Below are positions 1 to 13,560 of a DNA stretch of 64,000 nt, piece by piece. This stretch comes from Macrostomum lignano (taxonomy: Eukaryota). Position 1 is the stretch's first letter; each line of letters opens with the position of its first letter. The position numbers were made by a program, and so were the translations under genes. The DNA is taken from contig NIVC01001014.1 in NCBI GenBank assembly GCA_002269645.1, positions 186,001-250,000 of the forward strand. Reading direction: 5' to 3'. The notes beneath the pieces are model-generated. The model saw nothing but the letters and a program-made list of their open reading frames with translations. It was not told where the DNA came from and made no database searches.

Positions 1-3000
1 GAAAGCCAATCAAGCTGATAAAAAGCCATCAAGCTGATGAAGAGCCAATCAAGCTGATAAAAAGCCATTCAAGCTGATGAAGAGCCAATCAAGCTGATAA
101 AAAGCCATCAAGCTGATGAAAGCCAATCAAGCTGATAAAAAGCCATCAAGCTGATGAAAAGCCAATCAAGCTGATAAAAAGCCATCAAGCTGATGAAAAG
201 CCAATCAAGCTGATAAAAAGCCATCAAGCTGATGAAAAAGTCTCAAGCTGATGAAAGCCAATCAAGCTGATAAAAAGCCATTCAAGCTGATGAAGAGCCA
301 ATCAAGCTGATAAAAAGCCATTCAAGCTGATGAAAGCCAATCAAGCTGATAAAAAGCCATCAAGCTGATGAAGAGCCAATCAAGCTGATAAAAAGCCATC
401 AAGCTGATGAAGAGCCAATCAAGCTGATAAAAAGCTCAAGCTGATGAAGAGCCAATCAAGCTGATAAAAAGCCATTCAAGCTGATGAAGAGCCAATCAAG
501 CTGATAAAAAGCCATCAAGCTGATGAAGAGCCAATCAAGCTGATAAAAAGCCATCAAGCTGATGAAGAGCCAATCAAGCTGATAAAAAGCCATTCAAGCT
601 GATGAAGAGCCAATCAAGCTGATAAAAAGCCATTCAAGCTGATGAAGAGCCAATCAAGCTGATAAAAAGCTTCAAGCTGATGAAGAGCCAATCAAGCTGA
701 TAAAAAGCCATTCAAGCTGATGAAGAGCCAATCAAGCTGATAAAAAGCCATTCAAGCTGATGAAAAGCCAATCAAGCTGATAAAAAGCCAATCAAGCTGA
801 TAAAAGCCAATCAAGCTGATGAAAAGCCAATCAAGCTGATAAAAAGCCAATCAAGCTGATAAAAGCTTTCAAGCTGATGAAGAGCCAATCAAGCTGATAA
901 AAAGCCATTCAAGCTGATGAAGAGCCAATCAAGCTGATAAAAAGCCATCAAGCTGATGAAGAGCCAATCAAGCTGATAAAAAGTCAAGCTGATGAAAGCC
1001 AATCAAGCTGATAAAAAGCCATTCAAGCTGATGAAAGCCAATCAAGCTGATAAAAAGCCATTCAAGCTGATGAAGAGCCAATCAAGCTGATAAAAAGCCA
1101 TTCAAGCTGATGAAGAGCCAATCAAGCTGATAAAAAGCTTCAAGCTGATGAAGAGCCAATCAAGCTGATAAAAAGCCATTCAAGCTGATGAAAAGCCAAT
1201 CAAGCTGATAAAAAGCCATTCAAGCTGATGAAAAGCCAATCAAGCTGATAAAAAGCCATCAAGCTGATGAAAGCCAATCAAGCTGATGAAAAGCCAATCA
1301 AGCTGATAAAGCCAATCAAGCTGATAAAAAGCTCAAGCTGATGAAGAGCCAATCAAGCTGATAAAAAGCCATTCAAGCTGATGAAGAGCCAATCAAGCTG
1401 ATAAAAAGCCAGTCAAGCTGATGAAAGCCAATCAAGCTGATAAAAAGCTTCCAATCAAGCTGATAAAAAGAAGCTGATGAAGAGCCAATCAAGCTGATAA
1501 AAAGCCATTCAAGCTGATGAAGAGCCAATCAAGCTGATAAAAGCTCAAGCTGATGAAGAGCCAATCAAGCTGATAAAAAGCCATTCAAGCTGATGAAGAG
1601 CCAATCAAGCTGATAAAAAGCCAGTCAAGCTGATGAAAGCCAATCAAGCTGATAAAAAGCCAGTCAAGCTGATGAAAAGCCAATCAAGCTGATAAAAAGC
1701 CATTCAAGCTGATGAAGAGCCAATCAAGCTGATAAAAAGCCAGTCAAGCTGATGAAAGCCAATCAAGCTGATAAAAAGCCAGTCAAGCTGATGAAAAGCC
1801 AATCAAGCTGATAAAAAGCCATTCAAGCTGATGAAGAGCCAATCAAGCTGATAAAAAGCCAGTCAAGCTGATGAAAGCCAATCAAGCTGATAAAAAGCCA
1901 GTCAAGCTGATGAAAAGCCAATCAAGCTGATAAAAAGCCATTCAAGCTGATGAAGAGCCAATCAAGCTGATAAAAAGCCAGTCAAGCTGATGAAAGCCAA
2001 TCAAGCTGATAAAAAGCCATCAAGCTGATGAAAGCCAATCAAGCTGATAAAAAGCCATTCAAGCTGATGAAGAGCCAATCAAGCTGATAAAAAGCCAGTC
2101 AAGCTGATGAAAAGCCAATCAAGCTGATAAAAAGCCATCAAGCTGATGAAAAGCCAATCAAGCTGATAAAAAGCCATTCAAGCTGATGAAAAGCCAATCA
2201 AGCTGATAAAAAGCCATCAAGCTGATGAAAGCCAATCAAGCTGATAAAAAGCCATTCAAGCTGATGAAAAGCCAATCAAGCTGATAAAAAGCCATTCAAG
2301 CTGATGAAAGCCAATCAAGCTGATAAAAAGCCATTCAAGCTGATGAAAGCCAATCAAGCTGATAAAAAGCCATCAAGCTGATGAAAGCCAATCAAGCTGA
2401 TAAAAAGCCATCAAGCTGATGCAAGCTGATGAAGAGCCAATCAAGCTGATAAAAAGCCATCAAGCTGATGAAGAGCCAATCAAGCTGATAAAAAGCCATT
2501 CAAGCTGATGAAGAGCCAATCAAGCTGATAAAAAGCCATTCAAGCTGATGAAAAGCCAATCAAGCTGATAAAAAGCCATTCAAGCTGATGAAGAGCCAAT
2601 CAAGCTGATAAAAAGCCATTCAAGCTGATGAAAGCCAATCAAGCTGATAAAAAGCCATCAAGCTGATGAAAAGCCAATCAAGCTGATAAAAAGCCATCAA
2701 GCTGATGAAAAGCCAATCAAGCTGATAAAAAGCCAATCAAGCTGATGAAAAGCCAATCAAGCTGATGAAAAGCCAATCAAGCTGATGAAAGCCAATCAAG
2801 CTGATAAAAAGCCAATCAAGCTGATGAAAGCCAATCAAGCTGATAAAAAGCCATCAAGCTGATGAAGAGCCAATCAAGCTGATAAAAAGCCATCAAGCTG
2901 ATGAAAGCCAATCAAGCTGATAAAAAGCCATCAAGCTGATGAAGAGCCAATCAAGCTGATAAAAAGCCATCAAGCTGATGAAGAGCCAATCAAGCTGATA

Positions 3001-6000
3001 AAAGCCATCAAGCTGATGAAGAGCCAATCAAGCTGATAAAAAGCCATTCAAGCTGATGAAGAGCCAATCAAGCTGATAAAAAGCCATTCAAGCTGATGAA
3101 GAGCCAATCAAGCTGATAAAAAGCTTCAAGCTGATGAAGAGCCAATCAAGCTGATAAAAAGCCATTCAAGCTGATGAAGAGCCAATCAAGCTGATAAAAA
3201 GCCAGTCAAGCTGATGAAGAGCCAATCAAGCTGATAAAAAGCCAGTCAAGCTGATGAAGAGCCAATCAAGCTGATAAAAAGCCAGTCAAGCTGATGAAAA
3301 GCCAATCAAGCTGATAAAAAGCCAGTCAAGCTGATGAAAAGCCAATCAAGCTGATAAAAAGCCAGTCAAGCTGATGAAAAGCCAATCAAGCTGATAAAAA
3401 GCCAGTCAAGCTGATGAAAAGCCAATCAAGCTGATAAAAAGCCATCAAGCTGATGAAAAAGCCAATCAAGCTGATAAAAAGCCAGTCAAGCTGATGAAAA
3501 GCCAATCAAGCTGATAAAAACCAATCAAGCTGATGAAAAGCCAATCAAGCTGATGAAAAAGCCATCAAGCTGATGAAAAAGCCAATCAAGCTGATGAAAG
3601 CCAATCAAGCTGATAAAAAGCCATCAAGCTGATGAAAGCCAATCAAGCTGATAAAAAGCCAGTCAAGCTGATGAAAAGCCAATCAAGCTGATAAAAAGCC
3701 AATCAAGCTGATGAAAAGCCAATCAAGCTGATGAAAAAGCCATCAAGCTGATGAAAGCCAATCAAGCTGATAAAAAGTTCAAGCTGATGAAAGCCAATCA
3801 AGCTGATAAAAAGCCATTCAAGCTGATGAAAAGCCAATCAAGCTGATAAAAAGCCATTCAAGCTGATGAAAAGCCAATCAAGCTGATAAAAAGCCATTCA
3901 AGCTGATGAAAAGCCAATCAAGCTGATAAAAAGCCATCAAGCTGATGAAAGCCAATCAAGCTGATAAAAAGCCATTCAAGCTGATGAAAGCCAATCAAGC
4001 TGATAAAAAGCCATTCAAGCTGATAAAAAGCCAATCAAGCTGATAAAAAGCCATTCAAGCTGATGAAAAGCCAATCAAGCTGATAAAAAGCCATTCAAGC
4101 TGATGAAGAGCCAATCAAGCTGATAAAAAGCCAGTCAAGCTGATGAAAAGCCAATCAAGCTGATAAAAAGCCATCAAGCTGATGAAAAGCCAATCAAGCT
4201 GATAAAAAGCCATTCAAGCTGATGAAAAAGCCAATCAAGCTGATAAAGCCAATCAAGCTGATAAAAAGCCAATCAAGCTGATAAAGCCAATCAAGCTGAT
4301 AAAAAGCCAGTCAAGCTGATGAAAGCCAATCAAGCTGATAAAAAGCCATTCAAGCTGATGAAAGCCAATCAAGCTGATAAAAAGCCATCAAGCTGATGAA
4401 GAGCCAATCAAGCTGATAAAAAGCTTTCAAGCTGATGAAGAGCCAATCAAGCTGATAAAAAGCCATTCAAGCTGATGAAGAGCCAATCAAGCTGATAAAA
4501 AGCCATCAAGCTGATGAAGAGCCAATCAAGCTGATAAAAAGCCATCAAGCTGATGAAAAGCCAATCAAGCTGATAAAAAGCCATTCAAGCTGATGAAGAG
4601 CCAATCAAGCTGATAAAAGCCATCAAGCTGATGAAGAGCCAATCAAGCTGATAAAAAGTCAAGCTGATGAAGAGCCAATCAAGCTGATAAAAAGCCATTC
4701 AAGCTGATGAAGAGCCAATCAAGCTGATAAAAAGCCATCAAGCTGATGAAAGCCAATCAAGCTGATAAAAAGCCATTCAAGCTGATGAAGAGCCAATCAA
4801 GCTGATAAAAAGCCATTCAAGCTGATGAAGAGCCAATCAAGCTGATAAAAAGCCATTCAAGCTGATGAAGAGCCAATCAAGCTGATAAAAAGCTTCAAGC
4901 TGATGAAGAGCCAATCAAGCTGATAAAAAGCCATTCAAGCTGATGAAGAGCCAATCAAGCTGATAAAAAGCCAGTCAAGCTGATGAAAAGCCAATCAAGC
5001 TGATAAAAAGCCAGTCAAGCTGATGAAAAGCCAATCAAGCTGATAAAAAGCCATTCAAGCTGATGAAGAGCCAATCAAGCTGATAAAAAGCCAGTCAAGC
5101 TGATGAAAAGCCAATCAAGCTGATAAAAAGCCAGTCAAGCTGATGAAAAGCCAATCAAGCTGATAAAAAGCCATTCAAGCTGATGAAGAGCCAATCAAGC
5201 TGATAAAAAGCCAGTCAAGCTGATGAAAAGCCAATCAAGCTGCTGATAAAAAGCCAGTCAAGCTGATGAAAAGCCAATCAAGCTGATAAAAAGCCAGTCA
5301 AGCTGATGAAAAGCCAATCAAGCTGATAAAAAGCCAGTCAAGCTGATGAAGCCAATCAAGCTGATAAAAAGCCAGTCAAGCTGATGAAAAGCCAATCAAG
5401 CTGATAAAAAGCCAGTCAAGCTGATGAAAAGCCAATCAAGCTGATAAAAGCCAATCAAGCTGATGAAAAGCCAATCAAGCTGATAAAAAGCCATTCAAGC
5501 TAATAAAAAGTCTTTCGAGCTGATGAAGAGCCAATCAAGCTGATAAAAAGCCATTCAAGCTGATGAAGAGCCAATCAAGCTGATAAAAAGCCAGTCAAGC
5601 TGATGAAAAGCCAATCAATCTGATAAAAAGCCAATCAAGCTGATGAAGAGCCAATCAAGCTGATAAAAGCCATCAAGCTGATGAAGAGCCAATCAAGCTG
5701 ATAAAAAGTCTTTCAAGCTGATGAAGAGCCAATCAAGCTGATAAAAAGCCATTCAAGCTGATGAAGAGCCAATCAAGCTGATAAAAAGCCAGTCAAGCTG
5801 ATGAAAAGCCAATCAAGCTGATAAAAAGCCATTCAAGCTGATGAAGAGCCAATCAAGCTGATAAAAAGTCTTTCAAGCTGATGAAGAGCCAATCAAGCTG
5901 ATAAAAAGCCATTCAAGCTGATGAAGAGCCAATCAAGCTGATAAAAAGTCTTTCAAGCTGATGAAGAGCCAATCAAGCTGATAAAAAGCCATTCAAGCTG

Positions 6001-7080
6001 ATGAAGAGCCAATCAAGCTGATAAAAAGCTTTCAAGCTGATGAAAGCCAATCAAGCTGATAAAAAGCCATTCAAGCTGATGAAGAGCCAATCAAGCTGAT
6101 AAAAAGCCAGTCAAGCTGATGAAAAGCCAATCAAGCTGATGAAAAGCCAATCAAGCTGATAAAAAGCCATCAAGCTGATGAAAGCCAATCAAGCTGATAA
6201 AAAGTCAAGCTGATTCAAGCTGATGAAGAGCCAATCAAGCTGATAAAAAGCCATTCAAGCTGATGAAGAGCCAATCAAGCTGATAAAAAGCCAGTCAAGC
6301 TGATGAAGCCAATCAAGCTGATAAAAAGCCATTCAAAGCTGATGAAGAGCCAATCAAGCTGATAAAAAGCCATTCAAGCTGATGAAAGCCAATCAAGCTG
6401 ATAAAAAGCTTCAAGCTGATGAAGAGCCAATCAAGCTGATAAAAAGCCATTCAAGCTGATGAAGAGCCAATCAAGCTGATAAAAAGCCATCAAGCTGATG
6501 AAAGCCAATCAAGCTGATAAAAAGCCAGTCAAGCTGATGAAGAGCCAATCAAGCTGATAAAAAGTCTTCAAGCTGATGAAGAGCCAATCAAGCTGATAAA
6601 AAGCCATTCAAGCTGATGAAGAGCCAATCAAGCTGATAAAAAGTCTTTCAAGCTGATGAAGAGCCAATCAAGCTGATAAAAAGCCATTCAAGCTGATGAA
6701 GAGCCAATCAAGCTGATAAAAAGCCAGTCAAGCTGATGAAAAGCCAATCAAGCTGATAAAAAGCCAGTCAAGCTGATGAAAAGCCAATCAATCTGATAAA
6801 AAGCCATTCAAGCTGATGAAGAGCCAATCAAGCTGATAAAAAGCCAGTCAAGCTGATGAAAAGTCAATCAAGCTGATGAAAAGCCAGTAAAGCTGATGAA
6901 AAGCCAATATCAAGCTGATAAAAAGCCAATCAAGCTGATAAAAAGCCAGTCAAGCTGATGAACAGCAAATCAAACTGATAAGGATGTAAAAGCTGATAGA
7001 CAGGCCAATCTATCAGCTGAGGAGAGACTGTGGAGTAGATCAGTGCAAATTTCTCAGCTAAAGCTGATCAACAATGAATT
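1..7080. repeat. Satellite of ~19-21 bp monomers, largely alternating as a ~40 bp dimer (AAAAGCCATTCAAGCTGATG / AAGAGCCAATCAAGCTGATA)
   Basis: Continuous tandem array from base 1 that decays over ~6850-7080; no ORFs reported here. Confidence 0.98.
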
Positions 7081-7399
7081 TGATGACACTTGGACAGGAA
7101 GTCAGTAAATTTCAGGTAAAGTGAAACAAGCAAAGTTACGAGTTCATAAATTTTAAGACGAATAAGCAATTTTGCGCCAGCTTCTAGCAACCCCTAACTG
7201 CGGCTTTGACAAATTAGTCTATGGTCCATCCAAGTGAGTCCTCTGGTTGCTTAATGGATCAATCAACTAAAGAAGAGGAAGAGAGGAAAAGCAAGTCAGC
7301 GCACATATAAAGAGCATTAGAGCGGCAGAGAGAAACTGAGAAATTTTTGCAAGCAATTCAGTCTGTACAGTTACAGAGTCACGCGAGGCGCGCGGCAAA

Positions 7400-8932
7400 G
7401 TTTACACAGCAAAATCTGTGCTGCGGCTACTCATGCGAAATCGGATCGACTGTATCGTTGGAATGGATGTGCAGCAGCAATAACGCTGCCTTTCAAATAC
7501 CGCTCGTAGCTTCAGATCTTTAAACTCGTACAGCTGCAGCTTGTACCTTGAAAGCAGACACGTCAGTCGCAGAAGCATGGAATTCTGTTCTTTAATTGAA
7601 GCGGCAGTCGAACTGAACCAGCACCTGCTGCAGAAATGGACAGTAAGTGCTGAGCCGAAACTGATATTCAGTTGTTTCGCTGTGATGTGGCTGCCCACCT
7701 CGGCCTGGTGCAACACATCGTGGAGCACGCGTACAACTCAACGCCTGCTGCAGCTGGTGCTTTACCTGCAACCAACCATCACACTTTTGAAGGATTGCTT
7801 GGCCTCCTTCTGACGCTTCTGCAATGCGTTGCAAACGCTTCTGATGTGCTTGTCAGTCATGAAGAGATCAATGCCAACTTTCTAGATTGCTGGAGAGCGG
7901 CTTCGTTTCGCTCATATGCCACAATGAAATTCGGGGTCGAGCAGGCTGCCTTCAGAATGTCAAGTGCCGAGCTGGACTCGCGGAACTCGACAATGAAGGC
8001 GAAGTGCTGGAAGAAGACTATCACACAGAGCCTGCAATCTTCGTTGGCGACCAGTCTCAGCATTTTGGCTTGCAATGTCCTCATACAGCTTCAGGCGCTT
8101 TGGTGATGCGTCGATAAATTGACAACTAATTCTGTCACAATGCCGAGAGCATGGCGAACATTGGGAACTTGGCAAGCGTGGACAAGCACTAAGATTCAGG
8201 CAATGGCTGGCACAGTGAACGTAGCGGGCTGCTGGACACTACTGCTACACATGCGCTTGCGCACCATTGAACTGGCCCCGCATAGCAGCCGCGCCGTCGT
8301 AGCCTTGGCCGACAAGCTGGTGATGGTCGATGCCCGCCCAGCTTCTGCAAGAATTTTTCAAAAATCGAGGCAGCAATAGCTGCACCAGACTTTGGTCTCT
8401 GCCGTGCACAAATCCAAGGAAATCTTCTCGAATGATGTTGTCCGCATCCACATACCGCGCAGCGACTGCCATCTGTTCCTTCTTCGAGATGTTGCAGGTC
8501 TCGTCCACTAGTTACAGAGAAATCTTTTTCTGCAATCACCTTAAATTAGCTTCCAGAGTTTCCTGAAGCTTCCAGCAGCCAGCAGCCAGCAGCTTCAATG
8601 AGGTCATTTTGAGTTGTTTTGCTAATATACGTCGCATTGGAAGCTGTGGCGCCAGCGGTCGCAGCAGGGGCGCCAGCGGTTCCAGCAGGGGCGCCAGCCA
8701 CAGCCTTAGGCGCGTCATCACCAGATGCGAGGACGCCAGTACCAGCAGCAGAGGCAACAGAAGCAGTGGTGGGGCGGGGTCGCGCAGGTGTCAGGCTTTG
8801 CGGACCCATGGTTAAATCCTTTCCTTAAAGTCAGTGTGGGCGTCAGTGGGCGGCGCCATAAACGGCCATGACGAAAATTTTGGAAGGGGGCGGCCGACCC
8901 CCCCCCCTCCCCTCCCCCTAAATCCGCCCCTG
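7400..8932 (-). mobile_element. Decayed hAT DNA transposon (ZMYM1/DUF4371-like transposase), fragmented
   Basis: Minus-strand fragments NATYISKTTQNDLIE, DETCNISKKEQMAVAARYVD, REDFLGF, GQGYDGAAAMRG and ALLLLHIH (~7464-7490) lie in different frames. The hAT-like terminus CAGGGGCGGATTTAGGGGG starts at 8932 (-). The other TIR was not found. Confidence 0.85.
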
Positions 8933-10916
8933 CTTCATACTATAAGCTCGGATCCTCATCAAAAAGGGCCTCAGCCCTCAGTTTGCTTAGTAAGGCGCCC
9001 CGATCTAGTGTATATTATGGCAGGTGTATTATCGCGCCCCCACTCTTATGGTTAAAATCCGCCTGTGTCATTGATGACCGGAAAATATTTTATTATTTGG
9101 TTAGCAGTTTTATCGTGAATGGGTTCTTTCTTGTCAACTGTAGCTATAGCTAGCAAAATCTATAAATTTTCAAAAGCTATCAAATCAATGAGCAGACTCA
9201 ATGAATGAACCGCGATGGCATGAATAGCTAATATTGAACAATAATTCTGTCATTTTGTTGCAAAAAAGGACGAGACAAAAGGTTTTATCGAACACGCGAT
9301 GTCGCATGCAGTTGCTTCAAGCTAAATCAATAGCTATAGTCATCTTCGAATTGTTGTTGCATTTAACCAGGGAATCTACACATGATGTCAGCAGCTAGCT
9401 ACATTTATGACTACGCTCGTAACGAATAAATTTTTTCATCCGTCACCGAACTATAGCTATCATTTCATATGGATCCAGTCGATTTTTATTTCGATCCTAA
9501 GCTTCGAGCTTAAATCATAATTAATTTTATTGTCTTTTGAGCTAAAAAACAAGGTCTCTTCTCGTAGGTCTTTATAGAGCCTGTCTATAGATGCATATAT
9601 GGTCCAATATGCTTTGTTAGAATTGGGCAAATATTCGTGTTTACAATTGATGGGTTTCGACCTTCGGGTCCCTTGTTAGGAAGCCTTCGGGCCTCAGGCT
9701 CAGAAACAAATCACTTAGAGACCTGGCCCCCCACTCCTGTCAGATGGTCAGCCCCATGGTAGCTTGATCGTGTGGCGAGCAGTCTAGGTCCTATGGCTAA
9801 GAGAGGGACAGCGAGAGACAAGCAGGGAGAATTTTGAAGGTAGAAATTAGCTAATCCGCAGACTAAGCTAACTCGCTGCCACCAGCCCGTGCGTCCTGGC
9901 TCACCACACCGGGACTCTCGAAATCGGGCTTCCGACTAGAAGGGGCTTTGCACTTACCTGCCAACTAGTGTCTTTTTGCTGTCAATCTCGAAGTCATAGC
10001 CGATGATAAGGGACACTGCTGGGACTAGATCGCATTGGCCATGCAGGTACAGAGGGGACTTGTGCAGGGGATTCTTGCAGTGGCGAGTCTATGGGGTAGC
10101 TACATGTACTATTACATTGCTAAATACGAAGATATGTACTTTTGGCCTTCAACGCGCCAACTAGCCTCTCATAGCGCTGATGATAGACTAACTCGAAATT
10201 CAGAGACCTCGCATGATTCATTACCCGAGCCGCTTGGCTAACCTAGAGTGCACAAAGTACATCTCTGGCGCCGATTCTGCACTTCTGGCAGTTTTGCTCA
10301 CTGATTTGATTGATTGATCGACTGAGAACTGCCTTGCCATTGGTCCACTGTGACCGGCGCCTACTAGCTTAGCTACTCATCTGAGCCATCGGCGAACAAA
10401 GAACTAAAACCGATAAAAATAACTGTCAGATTTAACCTTCTCCTTAAATCACTTCACACCTCAGATTGAATTGGAGTTTCAGACTACTAGCAGTATTATT
10501 AAGTGATTTCTGCCTCAGTAACAGCACTACTGAACAAAATGAGCAAAAGTGTGCGCCTAATTCAGCTACTGAAACAGGGGACAGATAGGGGATCACCCAA
10601 TCAAGCAAGTCTAGGTAGCCTCTCACCCAACCAATCAGAAACTCAACAGCCGGAGACCAGGTAATCCACAGTGACCGAATCGGCTTGATGCTCTGTAGCT
10701 GTAGACTCGGGATGATGCTGATACAATCTTCGCTAATAGCTAGCAGGTGATGATCTTCGCTTGATGTTCGCTGCTGACGACCGGGGGATTCGTCCTTGAT
10801 GATGATGGGGGGAAGTCGCAATCCGGGGATCAAGAAACGACGGTCGCGCTCCGGGAACCAGAAGTTGCGTGCTGGACCCGAGCAAGTGTTGCGTCCGAGC
10901 GGGCCAAAAACTCCGG

Positions 10917-11047
10917 TTTAAATAGCCGCCAACTGGACCGCAGTTTGTTATAATGGAACACGTCGATTCTGATTGGCTGAGCCGTTTTGTTAAAATGAGC
11001 GCCGAATTTTCTGATTGGCTAAGCTTGTTGCTACCCAGAATCACGTG
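10917..11047 (-). promoter_or_regulatory. Putative core promoter (two CCAAT boxes, E-box, TATA-like element) facing leftwards
   Basis: ATTGG at 10972-10976 and 11014-11018, CACGTG at 11042-11047, TATTTAAA on the minus strand at 10924-10917. Confidence 0.3.
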
Positions 11048-12237
11048 ACCGAGAGATCCTATCAGTTCCCACAGGGTCGTAAAAAGATGACAGGTGCGGC
11101 CATAAATCACTCAAAATCGCAACAAAATGATTTATGACTTTTCGCGTAGGATTGACAGAAATTAATGAAAAAATATACATTAGAAAGCTCTTATTAAATA
11201 GAAAGTGAAGATAATGAAGAGAAATCGCTAATCGCTAATCCCAAAGTACTTTTAGGGGTAAAACGCATAGCTGTCAAAGCTGTCACACGCTTGAGCGAAT
11301 CCGAACAATAGGCTCTGACCTCATAAATCTTGATGGCCTGTCAAAATGATGAGAAAAAAGCTACCGCCCGCATCCTCTCAGACCATCTGGCGCCCGTCTC
11401 AACACTGAGTGAGGCGCAGGTGGCTGTCAGACCAACTTCGGAAGCGATGATTTACGACCCAAAAAGCTACGCCTATGTTATTATGACTACTAGTATGGCC
11501 AGACATTATATCTAGTATAGATTCTATGACAATTTGCAGAAAAAGGATAAAAATGCCCATTGCCCACTGTTAGTAGGCAAGTAAGTTTAGAGCCCATGTG
11601 CTAGCGCGGGATTTGGGAAAAAGTGCGTCCTCATCACAATAATAAAAAAAGAAAGAAAAGAAAAGAAAAGAAAAGAAAAAAAAGAAATTTAAATATAGTA
11701 TTGAGGATGAAAGAAGTAAATAAAAAGGAAAAACCTGAAATTTTTAATGTCTCTAGCTAATTTTCCGTTAATGGCTCATTAATTTTCCGTTAGCGTAGAA
11801 TTAAACTCTTGCATTACAATAATTGATACTACTAAATTAGCTATAGCTGTAAAAATTTTATTCAGAAAAAAAACAGAAAAACAGGGAAAAGTACTGTTTT
11901 AAAATAAAAATCACTTTTTCATCACCAACCCATTGATGGTTTCAAAATGATACTTCTGACTCAAGGCCTAATTGTAAAAAACATCTTTAAAAAATTCTTT
12001 TAAATGCAGCTTCTTCGCTTTCATAGTCAGTGAAGTTTCTGTAGCTTGTTGTTAAATTGCCACTATATTTTGTTAGAATTTTCTTAAACCTCAGAAATTT
12101 TTTAGCGATTTAGACAATAATAATTTTTACGCATATCGGTGGTAAATTTATTTGATCGATAAATCAACTAAAAATTATTTGAGAACGAGCTGAGTGTGAC
12201 TGCATCCAATGTTGTCAGCCAATGGCGTACCGACCGC

Positions 12238-13422
12238 ATGCCTCCCACTGCTCTCAGATCGCATATCGATCAATGCTCTGCAACCCAAGGCAATCCGTGC
12301 TCCCCAGTGTCTGGAGCAGAGCATCAAAAGCAACATATGTTCGCCTTCCTGTACAAGCACTTCACCAAGCTCCTTGGAGTCGTGTTCGCCGCGGGCCTGC
12401 TGGGCAACGCTGCAGTGCTCATTGCTGCCGTGACTCAGAAAACGGCGCACAAGGTGATCAACGTCTACCTGGCTAACCTGGCTGTGGCCGACCTGCTCCA
12501 TCTCGTCTCCATTGTGCCGCTCATCCGCCTAGCAACCGTGAACAGCTGGCTGTGGGGAACGGCCCTGTGCAAGATCAACTACATGATTCACTACACGAAC
12601 TGGACCGCCAGCATCTTCATCATCACCGCTCTGGGATTCGATCGCTTCGTTGTCGTGGCGATGCCTGAGCGCTCCGGCAGCCTCCGCAACCGCCGGTTCG
12701 CCTGGGGCCTCACGCTGGGCCTGTGGATCCTGAGCGGCCTCCTCGTGAGCCCCATCGGGTTCCTCACCAGCGTCACAGCCAATGCGTGGCTGCTGAACGG
12801 CACGGACTTGAAGGTCCTCTACAGCTGCGGCCACTTCGCGCAGAAGCTCAACCGCTCCGACGCCTTCTTAGACGTCCTTCAGAGCCTCGTGCAGGACCCG
12901 ATGATCTTCTCGGCTTGCGCTTTCACCGTCGGGTTCGCCGTGCCGCTCCTCCTGCTCGCGGTGTTCTACGGTATGCTCATCCGGAAGCTGCTCAACAAGT
13001 CTCAGGCCACAACTGCTGGCGCTCAGGCTGCTCAGAGGCGTTTTGGCCGCGTGACCCTCATGGTGGCGGCTGTGATCCTGCTGTACACCGTCTGCACCCT
13101 GCCGCACTGGATCCACGTGGCGCTGAACTTGGCGGGGGTCATCAAATCGTACCGAGTCCTGTGGCTCACGTCGCACTGCTCAACTCTGCTGGGCTACCTG
13201 AACAGCGCCTGCAATCCCGTGCTGTACGCCTGGTACAACAAGCCGTTCCGCCAGGGCCTGAGCCGCTGCCTGAGCCGCTGCCTGCCGCAGCGCTGGTTTG
13301 ACCGGCTGAATCGCAACGACAACCATCGGCAGGCGGACGACCGACCTCGCGGCAGAGCTCCTGGGCAGCAACAGCATCTGGAGGTTGCTCTGATGAATAT
13401 GGAAGCTGCTGCCGCTGTGTAG
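12238..13422 (+). CDS. Intronless rhodopsin-family peptide GPCR (somatostatin/allatostatin-C/opioid-like)
   Basis: Seven hydrophobic segments with GN(TM1), NLAVADLL(TM2), WLWG..LCK, DRF(TM3), F..P..L...FY(TM5), CTLP(TM6), LGYLNSACNPVLY(TM7). First ATG is 12238; the ORF track begins at an upstream GTG. Confidence 0.95.
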   Translation: MPPTALRSHIDQCSATQGNPCSPVSGAEHQKQHMFAFLYKHFTKLLGVVFAAGLLGNAAVLIAAVTQKTAHKVINVYLANLAVADLLHLVSIVPLIRLATVNSWLWGTALCKINYMIHYTNWTASIFIITALGFDRFVVVAMPERSGSLRNRRFAWGLTLGLWILSGLLVSPIGFLTSVTANAWLLNGTDLKVLYSCGHFAQKLNRSDAFLDVLQSLVQDPMIFSACAFTVGFAVPLLLLAVFYGMLIRKLLNKSQATTAGAQAAQRRFGRVTLMVAAVILLYTVCTLPHWIHVALNLAGVIKSYRVLWLTSHCSTLLGYLNSACNPVLYAWYNKPFRQGLSRCLSRCLPQRWFDRLNRNDNHRQADDRPRGRAPGQQQHLEVALMNMEAAAAV

Positions 13423-13560
13423 AAAAAAGCAGACTTGCTAAAATTGAAAACTAAAATTGAGAACAGGTCATGACACATTAATTTATGAGCATTTCAGCTC
13501 TTTAAAATTGCTTTGTTTGCTTTAATGACATTTTTAAGGAGTCTTTAGCTCGTATCCATA

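Noticed and set aside
9960-10200. Possible LINE apurinic endonuclease remnant (VP...LIIGYDF on the minus strand)
   Set aside because: Only a weak partial motif with stops, and no RT nearby; needs BLASTX.
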